This document shows, one piece after another, positions 12,795 through 25,860 of a DNA stretch of 64,000 bases. Both the position numbers and the translations under genes were made by a program. Within the stretch, counting starts at the first letter, position 1. Every line of letters begins with the position of its first letter. The stretch comes from Octopus vulgaris (Eukaryota): contig OX597820.1 in NCBI GenBank assembly GCA_951406725.2, forward strand, positions 26,474,001 through 26,538,000, given 5' to 3'. Below the pieces are notes generated by a model, which saw nothing but the letters and a program-made list of their open reading frames with translations, was not told where the DNA came from and ran no database searches.

Positions 12795-13217
12795 CATTGT
12801 GTGATAGTTTGACGCAAGTGTCTTTTGTGAAAAACATGTCTAGCTATGGGAAAATATTACTTTGCTTGGCAACAAGCAGGGGTTAGTGACAGGAAGAGTA
12901 TCCAGCTATAAACAAAAACCTGCCTCAATAAATTTTGCTTGATCTAAGCAAGCATAGAAAAAGTGGATGTTAAATGATGCTGTTGATGCTCTTCAACTTC
13001 TAGTTTTAATATTTAAAATACAGGATAGGCATTATATATATATATTATTATTATTATTAATAATAATCATTTCTACTCTAGGCAGAAGGCCTTGAAAATT
13101 TTTGGGGAAGGGAGCTAGTCGATTATATCAACCCCAGTGCATAACTGGTATTTATTTCATCGACCCTGAAAGTTGACCTCAGTGGAATTTGAACTCAGAA
13201 CATAGCTGCTGCTGAAA

Positions 13218-13412
13218 TACATGAGGGCAGAGCATGCCGAAAAACTGCTCTATCGGGGACAGCTAGGATTTTGAGATAAGTACTTGAGTATTGAGTATTT
13301 TCCATGAAACTTAATACCTAAGTACTGAGCCTTCTAATTTGTAGAAAGAGATCCTGTGAGACAATTGCCAACGGGATGCTGTCTGCTCTCACAGAAGTAA
13401 CCAGCATAAGAA
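13218..13412 (+). mobile_element. 3' fragment of an RLE-type (R4/Dong-like) non-LTR retrotransposon
   Basis: Degenerate translation ...KTALSGTARILR*VLEY* resembles the QKxALLGTAxILRKVL C-terminus of R4-clade ORFs and is followed by a likely 3' UTR. Confidence 0.6.
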
Positions 13413-13967
13413 AGTGGTGAACTGGCAGAAATGTTAGCATGATGGGCAAAATGCTTAGTGGTATTTCGCCTGTCTTTATGTTCAGGGTTTAAATTCCTCC
13501 AAGGTCGAATTTGCTTTTCATTCTTTCAGGGTCGATAAATATAGCACATAAATCTAAACTGATACTTCTAAATGTAAATCTGTCTTCTGAGCCCTCTTGG
13601 AAACTTTGTCTTTTACTTCTGTTGTATTTCTTGTATCTATACACAGCTGTCCATCCATATGGCCATCCATCCAATTAATCAATCAATCAACCATTCATCC
13701 ACTCAGTCATCTACTCTAGCACAAGGCAGTACCCCAGCATGGCTGCTGTCCAATGTAACAAAAGGTACACACACACAAATGTGCATGCACATGCATGGAC
13801 ACACACACCACCACCACCACCATATTTAGCATAAAATCAGAAAGGCCTAAATTTCACTTATAGTTCATAATTGAGCTCTTAATCATCATAGATTCATTTT
13901 TTGTTGTTTATATGTTTCTACATCAATTCTCTTTCTCTTACTCTCTCCATCCCCCTCACTTTATATA

Positions 13968-14000
<33 letters not shown>

Positions 14001-14499
14001 GATGATGATGATATACATATAAATATGTAATGGAGCTCTATGGGTGTGTTGAGAATTATGTGTTTTCAGATGACAAAAAGAAAAACAGCATCATCTAACC
14101 GTTGCTGTTTATAACATACATATATATATATACAATGGAATATACTGCAAGATTCTTTTGAACATCATACATTTCTGAAACTGGGTTAACTAATGGAAAA
14201 CTGGGTTAAACTGCTCTGAATGCAGTTTCCCCCTCTAAAATATACTCGTGTGTGTTTGGTACACTGTTACGCTTGTTTGGAACAACCATGTCTGTCGATA
14301 ACATAGCCACACCCTCTTTGGTTAAAATCCGAACTTTCAAAATCAAAGTACCACCCTCCATTCCTCTTTCCTAATATTTTTTGGGTGAGGATATATATAT
14401 ATATATATAAATTAGAGAAAAACCACTATTATGCAATTCAATGTTATTATTATTATTATTACACACACACGCACATGTACATACATACATATACACACA

Positions 14500-14888
14500 T
14501 TCTTTTATTCTTTTACTTGTTTCAGTCATTTGACTGCAGCCATGTTGGAGCACTGCCTTTAGTCAAACAAATCGACTCCAGAACTTATTCTTTGTTAGCC
14601 TAGCTCCTATTCTATTGGTTTCTTTTTGCAGAATTGCTAAATGATGGGAACATAAGCACACCAACATTGGTGGAAGGACAGACACAAATAACAAATACAT
14701 ACATACATATGTACATACATATATATTTTCAACAGGCTTCTTTCAGTTTCCATCTACCAAATCCACTCACAAGGCTTTGGTCAGTCTGAGGCTATAGTTG
14801 AAGACAATTGCCTAAGGTGCCATGCAGTGGGACTGAACCGGAGCCATGTGGTTGGGAAGGAAGCTTTTTACCACACAGCCACTCCTGC
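14500..14888 (-). mobile_element. SINE group A
   Basis: Matches the other group A copies in the window. Confidence 0.8.
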
Positions 14889-14896
14889 ACACACCC

Positions 14897-14936
<40 letters not shown>

Positions 14937-16109
14937 GCACACAAATGCATACGTACTGGAAAGGTTAGGATTGGTTCCTTGTTGCTGTAAGTCATGTTGT
15001 GGAGTTCTAGCAATTTCTGGCCAGTGGCTTTTCCTCTGGTCATGTTATAGTCATTTGTTTTATTCTCCCACCACCTTAGTTGAAGGGGCTTTTCCCTTTA
15101 CTTTTCCTGTCTTGCAAGTAACTTGGGAACCTCACTAGTGCTGGTTATATTGTTGGGTGCAGAGACAACACACTTTTTATACATTGTAAAGTTAAAGTAG
15201 TTGGTGTTGGGAAGATCATCCAATATTAGAAACCATGCTAAGTCAGAGAGTAGAGCTTTTCACAGCCCTTTGGCTCATTGGCTTCTGTTGAACTGTTCAA
15301 CCCATCCCAGCATAGAAGATGGATGTTAAATGATGATGATGATGATAAGGATGTTCTTGGATTTAAAAGTATGGTTTCTTAAAGTGGCCCATATAGACCC
15401 CTTGGGGTGAGTGAAGCTTAGAGATGCACAAGTGGTTAATTTACTAGTTTGCATTTATAAATCTCTTCATCACAAGGGAATAAGTACCACTGGACCTTAT
15501 AGTTTAGTTGCCAGGTATTGTACATCTAATTGAATGTTCAAAGGATGTGATGGTCATTAATGATGTGTTTTTCATTTGCAATCTGTTCAAAACATGTTTT
15601 TTGATTGAATGAATGCTCTGGCTCTGAGTGGAAAGATCTGGATGCTTTTGGCATCCAACCCTTGCAAGCATGGCAAAATGGATATTAAATAATGGTTTAA
15701 CTAGTTGCAATTGTTGTATTGCAATAATACTGGGGTACTACTGCCTTTGTGTGTGTGTGTGATACTTATTTGTGTGTGTGTGTGTGTGATACTTTGTGTG
15801 TCTATTTATTAAATTCATGAATTACATCCGTTTAGGAAATTACTTCCCCTTTGAGTGCAAGTCTCACACATACACATGCACACTCACATTACAGACAAAC
15901 ACACGATTACATTGGCACACACACATGTAATGGGCTTCTATTTGGTTTCTATCTTCCAAATTTCACGCATGATGTATTGGTCAATCTTAGGATATGGTTT
16001 GATGATGACACTTGCCCAAGACACTGTGCAGTAGAATTGAACTCAGAACCACGTAGTTTTGAAGCAAACCATCTTGATCATGCAACTATAATTATGCCCA
16101 TGTCATGCT

Positions 16110-16471
16110 GTGGAGGTGCAATGGTCCAGTGGTTAGGTCAGGGGACTTGTGGTTTTAGGATCGTGGTTTCAATTCCCAGACTGGGTATTGTGTGTTTAGT
16201 GAGCGAAAACACCTAAAGCTCCACAAGGCTCCATAAGGGGTGGTAGTGAACTCTTTCACCACAACATTCTCTCACTCTTTCTGTTTCTGTTGTACTTGTA
16301 TTTCAAAGGGCCAGCCTTGTCACACCCTGTATCACGCTGAATCATCCTGAGAACTATGTTAAGGGTACGCGTGTTTGTGGAGTGCTCAGCCACTTGCACG
16401 TTAATTTCACAAGCAGGGTGTTCCGTTGATCGGATCAACTGGAACACTCGTCGTAACCGATGGAGTACCAT
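16110..16471 (+). mobile_element. SINE group C with 11-bp TSD
   Basis: tRNA head gtggaggtgcaatggtccagtggttagg; TSD catgtcatgct at 16099-16109 and 16472-16482. Confidence 0.85.
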
Positions 16472-16682
16472 CATGTCATGCTACATTAAATTTAGTGTAT
16501 ATGTGAGGTGGTACATACTCATGTTGTCTTGCATTGATATTTTTTTTGTGTGTATAAGGAGGCTTTGGTCGGCCCGAGGCTATAGTAGAGACACTTGGCC
16601 AAGGTGCCATGCAGCAGGAGTGATCCTGGAACCATGTGGTTGATAAGCAGCTACTTATCACCCAGCCATGCCTGTGCCATGC

Positions 16683-16718
<36 letters not shown>

Positions 16719-16809
16719 GAATGCAATGATGTTGATTATTGATAATATTGATACGGTCAAGCAAGATCACCTTAGGAGAGTGTTCTGCATACTAAATGGA
16801 AATGTGGTA

Positions 16810-17240
16810 GCATCTCATTCCTTAGCTCCACCTCTTTCTCTCTCATCAGCTCTACCTCTTTCTGTGCCTCCCTCCTTAGCATTACCTCTCTGCCTCTCAC
16901 TGTAACCCCACCCACCTCACCTTGCCTCTTCCTTCTTCCTCAGCTGGCTTTTCTCCTCAGCTTAACCTCTCCTTCTTGGCTCTGTTTCTCTCTCCTTAGC
17001 TCTGCCTTTTCCTCACCCTCTCCTTCCACTTCTACAGCTCTATTTTTTTCCTTTTTATCTCCACCTTTCTCTTACTGCCTTCACAATTCTCTTTCTCTTT
17101 TTTTTTCCCCTCTCTCACAGTTTTACCTCTCTTTTCCATCTCTTCTTAGTTCCATCTCTTTCTCCCTTCCTTTCTAAGTTTCACACTCTCTTTCTGCATC
17201 ACTTTCACATACTCTTTTATTTCTTTCTCAAACTTATTCC
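16810..17240. repeat. Long CT-rich polypyrimidine low-complexity tract
   Basis: About 430 bp that is almost purely C/T on the + strand. Confidence 0.8.
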
Positions 17241-17459
17241 TTACTTAACTGTACACTGCAGCAAGACTAAAAGAAATTCTTACTCATTAGGGCCGTGAAC
17301 TCAGTGCAGATGTATTCATAAGACTTCTAATTGGAGAGAATGCTGTTGTTTAGCCCCTGGTCAGGCTGGATTGAGGAGACCTATGATGAAAAGTATTGTA
17401 GCCATCACCCTCCCATTCCTTTCCCAGTCACAGTGCAGCTAAAACTATATACTCCAATA

Positions 17460-17841
17460 TACTCTTTTACTTGTTTATGTCATTTGACTGTGGCCATGCT
17501 GGAGCACCACCTTTAATCAAGCAACTCAACCCCGGGACTTATTCTTTGTAAGCCCAGTACTTATTCTATTGGTCTCTTTTGCCGAACCGCTAAGTGACGG
17601 GGACATAAACACACCAGCATCGGTTGTCAAGCAATGCTAGGGGGACAGACACAGACACACACGCACAAATATATACATATATACGACGGGCTTCTTTCAG
17701 TTTCCGTCTACCAAATCCACTCACAAAGCTTTGGTCGGGCCGAGGCTATAGTAGAAGACACTTGCCCAAGGTGTCACCAGTGGGACTGAACCCGGAACCA
17801 TGTGGTTGGTAAGCAAGCTACTTACCACACAGCCACTCCTG
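17460..17841 (-). mobile_element. SINE group A, young full-length copy
   Basis: Retains CpGs; reverse complement of 18757-19150. Confidence 0.85.
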
Positions 17842-18756
17842 TTCATTTTTTTAAAGAAATTAGACTGTAATTTGAGAGAGATTTGACTGCTATTTCTAAC
17901 ATGGTGAAAGACCAGATAAAGGACTCCTTCTCTAATTGGTGCATATAAACATTTAATTGATGCAAACAAAGGACACCTTCCACTATTTTATTCCATGCTC
18001 TTGTGTTTCATACTTGAAATCTCACCAAGGTTTTTGTATATTTTTCCTTGAATTCTCCCTTCTCAGCTTTAACTCTCCCGTCTCTCTTTTTCCCTACATC
18101 TCTACAGTTCTGCTTCTCTTCCTTTATCTCCACCTCTCTTTCTGTCTCCCAAACTCTGCTTCTCTGTTGAGAGTTTCTGGAGACTACACCAAACAGGTTC
18201 AGCTGATTCCTGTTAAATCACATTCTTCAATCTTAAAAAAACCCAACAAAATCTTAAAAAAAAAAAGACACATTGTATTGAATGTCATCCTAGATATACT
18301 GTGCCTCAATCAAAGAAGGAAATGAATAATTATAACTGGCAGGTCTTTTATGACTGCACCCCACAAACTAATTAACGGCAACAAGCAACTGGAGTTAATA
18401 AGAGAAGTGCCAAAATTACTTAGATATATATTACATCATGGTCAAAAGTAATTCTTATTTGTCATAGGTGGGAATAGAAGAAAGGGAGCAGAATTAGATG
18501 CTGTTCCTGCTGCTGTTGTACTCCACTTTTGATACTAATTGCTCATTAGTTATCTTGCATTCTGCCATTGTCTTAAGCTGCTCCTAACAAGTACCAACTA
18601 AGGCTGACAGTTATGTTCAGTTATCATCACTAGTCACACTGCAGAATACCAGGTGGAGGTGAATGGGAGTAAAGATTACTTCGTTCATCTATGAAATGCC
18701 AATGGATGTAACCTTACTACATATTTCTTTATACTTCTTCATTATTTATGAAGATA

Positions 18757-18915
18757 GGTGCAGGAGTGGCTGTGTGGTAAGTAGCTTGCTTACCAACCAC
18801 GTTTCCGGGTTCAGTCCCACTGCATGGCACCTTGGGCAAGTGTCTTCTACTATAGCCTCGGGCAGACCAAATCCTTGTGAGTGGATTTCGTAGACGGAAA
18901 CTGAAAGAAGCCCAT

Positions 18916-18954
<39 letters not shown>

Positions 18955-19150
18955 ATGTGTGTGTCTGTGTTTGTTCCCCCCAACATCACTTGACAACCGA
19001 TGCTGGTGTGTTTACATCACCGTCACTTAGCGGTTCAGCAAGAGAGACCGATAGAATAAGTACTAGGCTTACAAAGAATAAGTCCTGGGGTTGATTTGCT
19101 TGACTAAAGAACGTGCTCCAGCATGGCCATGGTCAAATGACTGAAACATA
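18757..19150 (+). mobile_element. SINE group A, young full-length copy
   Basis: Head, CORE-like block, internal (TA)n and 3' tail are all present. Confidence 0.85.
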
Positions 19151-20820
19151 ACAAAAAAAAAAATTGTATTGTGCGTGTATGCGTAGTCTTGTGGTTTAGT
19201 GGTTAGGGTGTTGCACTTGTAAGTATAAGATTGTGGTTTTGATTCCTGGCCCAGGCAGTGTGCTGTGTTCTTGAGTAAAATACTTCATTTCACATTGCTC
19301 CAGTCTACTTTGCTAGCAAAAATGTGCACTCTTGTGATGGACCAGTGTCCTGTCCAGGTGGGAATATATACACCAGAGTCCAGGAAAGCAGACTTATGTG
19401 TTTAGTCTATGGTTCAGGAAGACCTTTGATTCTTATATATATATATATATATATATTTACATGTATACACACACACAGATGTGTGAATGAGTGGATCAAG
19501 AAAGTAGCACCCAATATATTTGGTTGGAGTTACATGTATTTAATTACAGTTTAATTGCTCAGCTTGGTCAGATGTTCAGAGTAAGGTTAGGATTTTAAAT
19601 TACAGTTACGATCCATCTGACAAGCTTTAACATATTTTCTGTCTACCTAATTTTAGTCATAAGATCTGGGTCAGCTCTCAGGACATAGCAAATGACATTT
19701 GCCCAATGTTCCAACCCCAGGACTTCATGAAAGTGGGATCCAACCCAGGACCAAAGTAAAGTTCATAACCATCCAGCCATACTGCAGAACAATTCCTTCA
19801 ACAGCTGCCAGTTGGACATTATTATGATTTTGACACCTCTGGCAGTACCATTCCTTTCAGTGATATTAGATGGCATTGATATTACCATGGAATCTTTATC
19901 CTTTATCTGTTTCAGTCATTGGACTGTGTTCATGCACACACATATACACACAACATATGCATGCATGTACACTCTCTCTCTCTCTCTCTCTTTGTTAAAT
20001 TTTCATCTAGATGTCCCTGTTTTGTACTTGTGGGAAGTTGATCATTAATTTATGACTTGCTTTTTAAAACTAACCATTCATGTGTGTGTATGTGAGTGTG
20101 TATGTATAGAGGTTATATTTGTGTTTGTGTGTGTATAAATGTATGTGTGTATGCATACATATGTATATGTTTTGTGTGTGTATATGTATGTGTATATATG
20201 TATATGCATGTGTATGTATGTATATGTATGTACATGTGTATATGTATATATAGTTTGTATAAGTATATGCATATCATCTGGCATAGAATGGCATGATAAG
20301 CATGCACTCTGCACTGGAATAAATGACTGGAATATTTGTTGTTTAACCTTTCCAGGTCAGCCTTGATTTTGCAAACCTAAGATCAAAGGCATTCCATCTG
20401 TCAACGCTTAATGTTTTGTATATCTTGAACTACAATGTCCAACATGCCTTTCCTTTATTAAGATGATGAGGTCTGATTGAGGGGACATTGGACCGTTATT
20501 TTAGCCTGATAGGGTAACTATGCAATGAATGTTTTGTTAACTTTCCTTGTCATATTTTCAAATGGTTTGTCTTGTTCATATGGAGAGTAAGTTTATTAAA
20601 AGTTTCTCTGGTAAAAGGTGACAAAAGGCTGGCTGAGCTTCATGCTGTCACACTTATAGTTATCTTCAGAGTTTTGTAAATGAAGAAGCAGTAATTTCTT
20701 ATAATATATAGGTTCAGGCATGGCTGTGTAGTTAAAAAGTCTGTTTTCCAAGCCCATAGTTGTGGGTTCAGTACCACTGCATGACATTTTGTGCTGGTGC
20801 TTGCTTTCTACTATAGCTGT

Positions 20821-21389
20821 TATTTATTTTATTTATGTGCCCTTTTCAAGCATTGCCAGGCTCATGGGCCCAGTTTCGTGGTTTCTATGGCGTATGTGTT
20901 CCCCCCAGCTGGACAGGACGCCAGTCCATTGCAGTGTTACTCAAGAAACAGGAAGAAAGAGTGAGAGAAAGTTGGTGTGAAAGAGTACAACAGGGGTTGC
21001 CACCACTCCCTGCCGGAGCCTCGTGGAGCTTTCGGTGTTTTCGCTCAATAAACACACACAACACCCGGTCTGGGAATCGAAACCACGATCCTCTGACCGT
21101 GAGTCCGCTGCCTTTACCACTGGGCCATTGCACCTCCACAATGCGCCCCTTTAAAGCCTAGCCAGGCTCATGGGCTGGGTTTCCCGGTTTTAATGGCGCA
21201 TGTGTTTCCCAGCTGGACAGGACACCAGTCCATCGCAGCGTTACTCATTTTAACCAGCTGAGTGGACTGGAGCAATGTGAAATGAAGTGTTTTGCTCAAG
21301 AACACAATGCATTGCCCAGTCCAGGAATCGAAACCACAATCTTACGATCATGATGCTGACACCCTAACCACTAAGCCACACGCCTCCAC
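20821..21389 (-). mobile_element. Two tandem group C SINEs inside one 11-bp TSD, nested in an older group A SINE
   Basis: TSD actatagctgt at 20810-20820 and 21390-21400; two tRNA heads ending at ~21139 and 21389; shared tail gccaggctcatgggc. Confidence 0.8.
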
Positions 21390-22301
21390 ACTATAGCTGT
21401 ATCTTGACCAAAATCTTTGATTTAATTTGATAAACTGAAACTTAAGGTCCTCTGTATGTGTGTGTGTGTGTGCAAAAGGATGTATGAACCTAATGTAGGT
21501 TCAACAATAACATGGGCCTTCAGAAATTCTGGGCTGGTGTCCAACATGCTAGAAGAACATTGGGAGTGAGTCACTCCTTAGTTTTTTATATTTCTTAGAG
21601 ATGGTCACTCTGATATGGAAGTAGATATGCCAGGAATGATAGTGAACTTTTTGGGAATATTGCACTTAAGGTCATGATGCTCCTATGTTCCTGAGCTTGT
21701 AACCCATATTGACACTGGATTTCTTGCCTTGGCTTGTCTCATATCAGTTGGGTGGAGAAGGTTTATGAGTTGCTGCACAATCTTTATTTGACCTTAAATT
21801 TTAGGTTGTGCAATTATTGGTGAGGCAACTATTCGATAGCTGGAGTAGGAGGGTACTGTGGAAAGCATGGAAGCTGCGGGCACAAACCTGGGTGAAGGTG
21901 ACTGTTGGTGCGATAATCTCATGCATGGGTATTGCTGGCATTTTGTATGGGCAATGGTCAGTGATTTCTTTGGCCATCATCATATATATATATGTATGTG
22001 TTTATATGTATTATGGGTGTATATGAATTTGTCTCTTTGTCTTGAGATTGCACAATGGTTGTCAACAACCATTACCATCATATAAGTAGAAATATTACCT
22101 TGCTTGGAAACAGGTAGGGTTGGTGAAAAGAATGATGTCTGTTTGTAGAAAATCTGATTCAATGAACTCTGATGTTTGCAAGCATGGAAAAGTGGACATT
22201 AAAATGACCATGATGAGGTTCATGATAGTTTGTGAGCCAAGCACTCTTAATTAGATTTGTGTCTGCTCAGTCCTTACATATGCTAAGCTGACTGTGTTTA
22301 A

Positions 22302-22765
22302 CCCTTTAGCATTCAGATTATTCTCTTATATATAATGCTTATTTACTCTCTTTTACTCTTTGTTCACATTGTTTTCAGTTAATCATGCATTACCTTGTGG
22401 CTTCAATATTTCAACAATGTGATTGTATATTTTTAGAATGACATTGTAGTGTAGGTGCAAGAGGCTAGATCTGGCCAATTTGAACGTAACATGGGTAGAA
22501 TTTTGGGCCAGGTATGGCTGGGCTAACCCATTAATGCATAGCTTCCTGAAAAATGGATGCAGGAAAAATTACTATTGCTTGTTAAGTAAACTACCTATTG
22601 AGCTTATTTTTAGTATAGTCTGCCTCTAAACTAGTGCTCTATGAATGAGCAGGCACTATGTCCTAACAAACCAATTATACACATGTACAAAACGTTTTAA
22701 TAGTAATTTTTCCTGCGTCCATTTTTCTGGACGCTATGCATTAATGGGTTAAATGCTAAATGATT
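22302..22765 (+). mobile_element. piggyBac-type MITE (TTAA-ccctttagcatt...aatgctaaa) interrupted by a second MITE
   Basis: TTAA at 22298-22301; similarity to 42229-42657 and 7248-7473. Confidence 0.7.
22527..22748. mobile_element. piggyBac-type MITE with 50-bp TIRs, nested at a TTAA of the outer MITE
   Basis: TIR cccattaatgcatagc...aaattactatt with 3 mismatches in 50 bp; flanks ctaa/TTAA. Confidence 0.85.
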
Positions 22766-23072
22766 GGGTAAAGAGAATTCTGTTCTATTGTGATTGGCTG
22801 GCATTTTAGGATGGATGATTGGTGGCATTGTTTTGTGGGTGTGATTGCATTTGTACACACAAACATACATTTTTATGTCTACTGGTCTATTAAGTTATTC
22901 CTTTTTTTGCTGATTTTTCCAGATGTTTCAATGGAAGGATAAGTTAACTCCAGGTAAAACACCTTCAATCGCCGTCCCGTGATTAAGAACTACTCTCTCT
23001 CTTATTTGGGAAAACAAGAACAAAAACAAAACCAAACAAAAGCCTCAAACACTCTGGAAATATCAAACTACA

Positions 23073-23124
23073 ATGGCGACATACCGTGAGGAAATTGTGC
23101 GAGCAGAATTGAAAACTCCACCTG
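23073..23124 (+). CDS. KANK: KANK homologue, predicted first coding exon (MATYREEIVRAELKTPP + phase-1 G); the exon probably begins at 22923 with 5' UTR
   Basis: Pyrimidine-rich acceptor ...tgatttttccAG at 22921-22922; ATG at 23073 in acaATGg context; donor CTG|GTATGT at 23124/23125. Phase 1 joins in frame to the acceptor at 27285 (G+CT=Ala). The sequence is unique and non-repetitive. Confidence 0.7.
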
Positions 23125-23291
23125 GTATGTATAAGTACAAATTACATAGTCTTTTATTTTGTCACTGGATTTATTGTTGTTGTTGTTGAGCTTACAGAAT
23201 CATTTATTATGCAGGGCAAAATGCTTAGCAGCATTTTATCTGTCTCCCTGTTCTGAGTTTGAATTCTGTCACGATTAACTTTGCTGTGATT

Positions 23292-24130
23292 AAGGCGGCG
23301 AGCTGGCAGAAACGTTGGCACGCTGGGTGAGATGCTTAGTGGTATTTCGTCCACAGCTATATTCTGAGTTCAAATTCTGCCGAGGTCAACTTTGCCCTTC
23401 ATCCTTTCGGGGGTCGATTAAATAAGTACCAGTTATGCACTGGGGTCGATGTAATCAACTTAATCCATTTGCCTGTCCTTGTTTGTCCCCACTGTGTGTA
23501 GCCCCTTGTGGGCAGTAAAGAAATAAAGTTAACTTTGCTGTTCATCCTTTCTTGGTGGATAAAATAAGTACCAGTTGAGCACTGGGGTTGATGTTATTGA
23601 CATACCCCATCACCACCTCTGAACATGCAGGCATTGTGCCAAAATTTGAAACCATTATTATTATTATTCAGTGAGCTGGCAGAATCATTAGCACTCTGGA
23701 CGAAATGCTTGGTGGTATTTCACCTGTCACTACATTCTGAGTTCAAATTCTGCCGATGTGAACTTTGCCTTCCATCCTTTTGAGGTCAATAAATTAAGTA
23801 CCAACAAAACACTGGGGGTTCAAGTAATCGACTAGTCCCCTCCCTACAATTTCAGGCCTTGTGCCTCTAGTAGAAAGGCTAAGGTGACGAACTGACAGAA
23901 TTGAGCTAAGGTGACGAACTGTCAGAATTGTCAGCACGCTGGGCAAAATGCTTAGTGACAGTCCATCTACCTTCATGTTCTGAGTTCAAATTCCGCCAGA
24001 ATTAATTTAGCCTTTCATTCTTTCGGGGTTGATAAAATAAGTACCAGTTGAGTACTTGGGTTGATGTAATTGACTTAACTCCGCTGCTTCGAACTTCCTG
24101 GCCCTGTACTCAATTTTGAAACCATTATTA
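23292..24130 (+). mobile_element. Cluster of group B SINEs (ggcgagctggcagaa head; gcctttcatcctttcggggtcgataaa block, MetaSINE-like)
   Basis: At least three head-to-tail copies, some separated by (ATT)n. The family recurs at 26445-26850, 42300-42530, 50600-50833(-), 53650-54395 and 59130-59575(-). Confidence 0.8.
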
Positions 24131-24425
24131 TATTTCAGTTATTATTTTTTGTTTACGTTTGCCAAGTTAGAGGAAGAAAGCCAATGCTGGTGACTATTTT
24201 TCTGGTCTATGACTGTCAGGAGGAAGCCAGGAAGTTATGCTGTGGTTTGAGAGCTGGTCTGGATGTTTGCAACAGAACAGACTCTGCTAAAGGGAAACCC
24301 CAAAGGCCCACCAAGAGGTGGTGGTAAACTGAACAATAGCCTTAGAACCGCTCTTCACTCTGTTAGCATTCTTACTTCTTGAAGTGATCCACTGATAACT
24401 GGTTTCTTCAGGAATTGATTTAGAA

Positions 24426-25094
24426 CAGTTGTTCTCAACTGAGGTCCATGTGGCCTCTGTGTCTCCATATATGATTTTTTGGGGGTCCATGCAACAAAGT
24501 AGTAAATTGGGGGGTTCACAATAGTATTTGAAGGGCTCTTGAAAACATTTCGCTTTAGATGTATGTATTGTAAGAAACAATTAGGGTTCTTTAATGTTTT
24601 GTATAGTTCAACCTACGCAAGTTAATATGTGAAAAACAAAATAGGAATTTTGAAAGTAGTGTCTATAAAACTGTGGAGGTACATGGCCTAGTGGTCGGAG
24701 CAGCTGACTCGCAGTCGAGGGATTATGGGTTCGAATTTCAGACTGGGTTTGAATCATAGGTGTTTATGAGTGAAACACCTAAGCTCCTTGCGGCTCCGGC
24801 AGAAGGTAATGGCAAACTTCTGCTGAATCTTTTGCCATAACTTTCTCTCACTCTTTCCTCCTGCATCTTGCAGCTCACCTGCAATGGACTGGCGTCCCGT
24901 CCAGGTGGGGAACCTATACGCCAAGGAAATCAGGAAACTGACTCTTATGAGCCAGGCATGGCTCGAGAAGGAACAAACAACAACAGCAACACTCTATAAA
25001 ACTAGCTTTTAAACATCAAATGGCTGTGGGAGGTCCACTAGAATGAAGTAGTAATCAAAGAGGTCTATAGATAAAAAATGGTTGAGAAACTCTG
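24426..25094. mobile_element. hAT (Charlie-like) MITE with a nested group C SINE at 24673-24992
   Basis: TIRs cagttgttctcaac / gttgagaaactctg; 8-bp flanks atttagaa / atttagtt; SINE TSD tctataaaact at 24662-24672 and 24993-25003. Confidence 0.75.
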
Positions 25095-25693
25095 ATTTAG
25101 TTGGGTTATGTGAAAGATTGTGTGTGTGTTTGGTGTGTTTGAAATAGTAATGTACCAAGCAAAATGGCTAGCATCATTTTAATTTCAACCTTCTAAATGT
25201 GACCTTTCATCCTGCCAGAATCCATAAATTATGTATCATTTTGATTTGCTAAAATCTGGTTTAGCTGACTACACCCCATCTTTTTTCCTAAAAAAAAAAA
25301 TGTCGTGGCTATGTACTAGTGAAAGTCTAATCACCACCATCACCACCACAACTGCCACTACCATCATCAACATCATGATCACCACTATCATTATCACCAC
25401 CATTATTACCACTACCACCAGCATTGCCACTACCATCATCTTAACCATCACCACCACTACCATAACTGCCACTGCTACTATTATCAAATTTCCTTGTAGA
25501 TGATATTAGTGGATGAAACTTCCTCAGTTCTGAAGAACTTTGAAGGACTCTCACTGACAACTGGATAATTGTGTTTACAACAAACTCTGCTGTATGGCTT
25601 TCAGTTAACCATTTTTTTTATTCCTCTCGGTTCCTTGAACAAGTGTATTGGTAACACCGTTGCTATTGTTGCTTAGGTCCCAGTCAACTCTGA

Positions 25694-25860
25694 TCCAGCT
25701 GAGCCATGGTTAAAAGCATTCCAGCCATGACAGTCCAGCTGAGCTATGGTCAAAAGCATTCCAGCCATGGCAGTCCAACCGAGCTATGGTCAAAAGCATT
25801 CCAACTATGACTGTCCAACTGAGCTATGATCAAAAGCATTCCTGATATGACCATCCAGCT
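25694..25860. repeat. 40-bp minisatellite, ~4 units
   Basis: tccagctgagctatggtcaaaagcattccagccatgacag at 25694, 25734, 25774 and 25814. Confidence 0.9.

Noticed and set aside
21480-21985. Complex-looking sequence, possible retroelement coding remnant
   Set aside because: No recognisable RT or endonuclease motif in any frame; cannot be classified by eye.
25694-25860. CRISPR-like regular repeats
   Set aside because: Contiguous 40-bp units with no unique spacers, no cas genes and a eukaryotic context.
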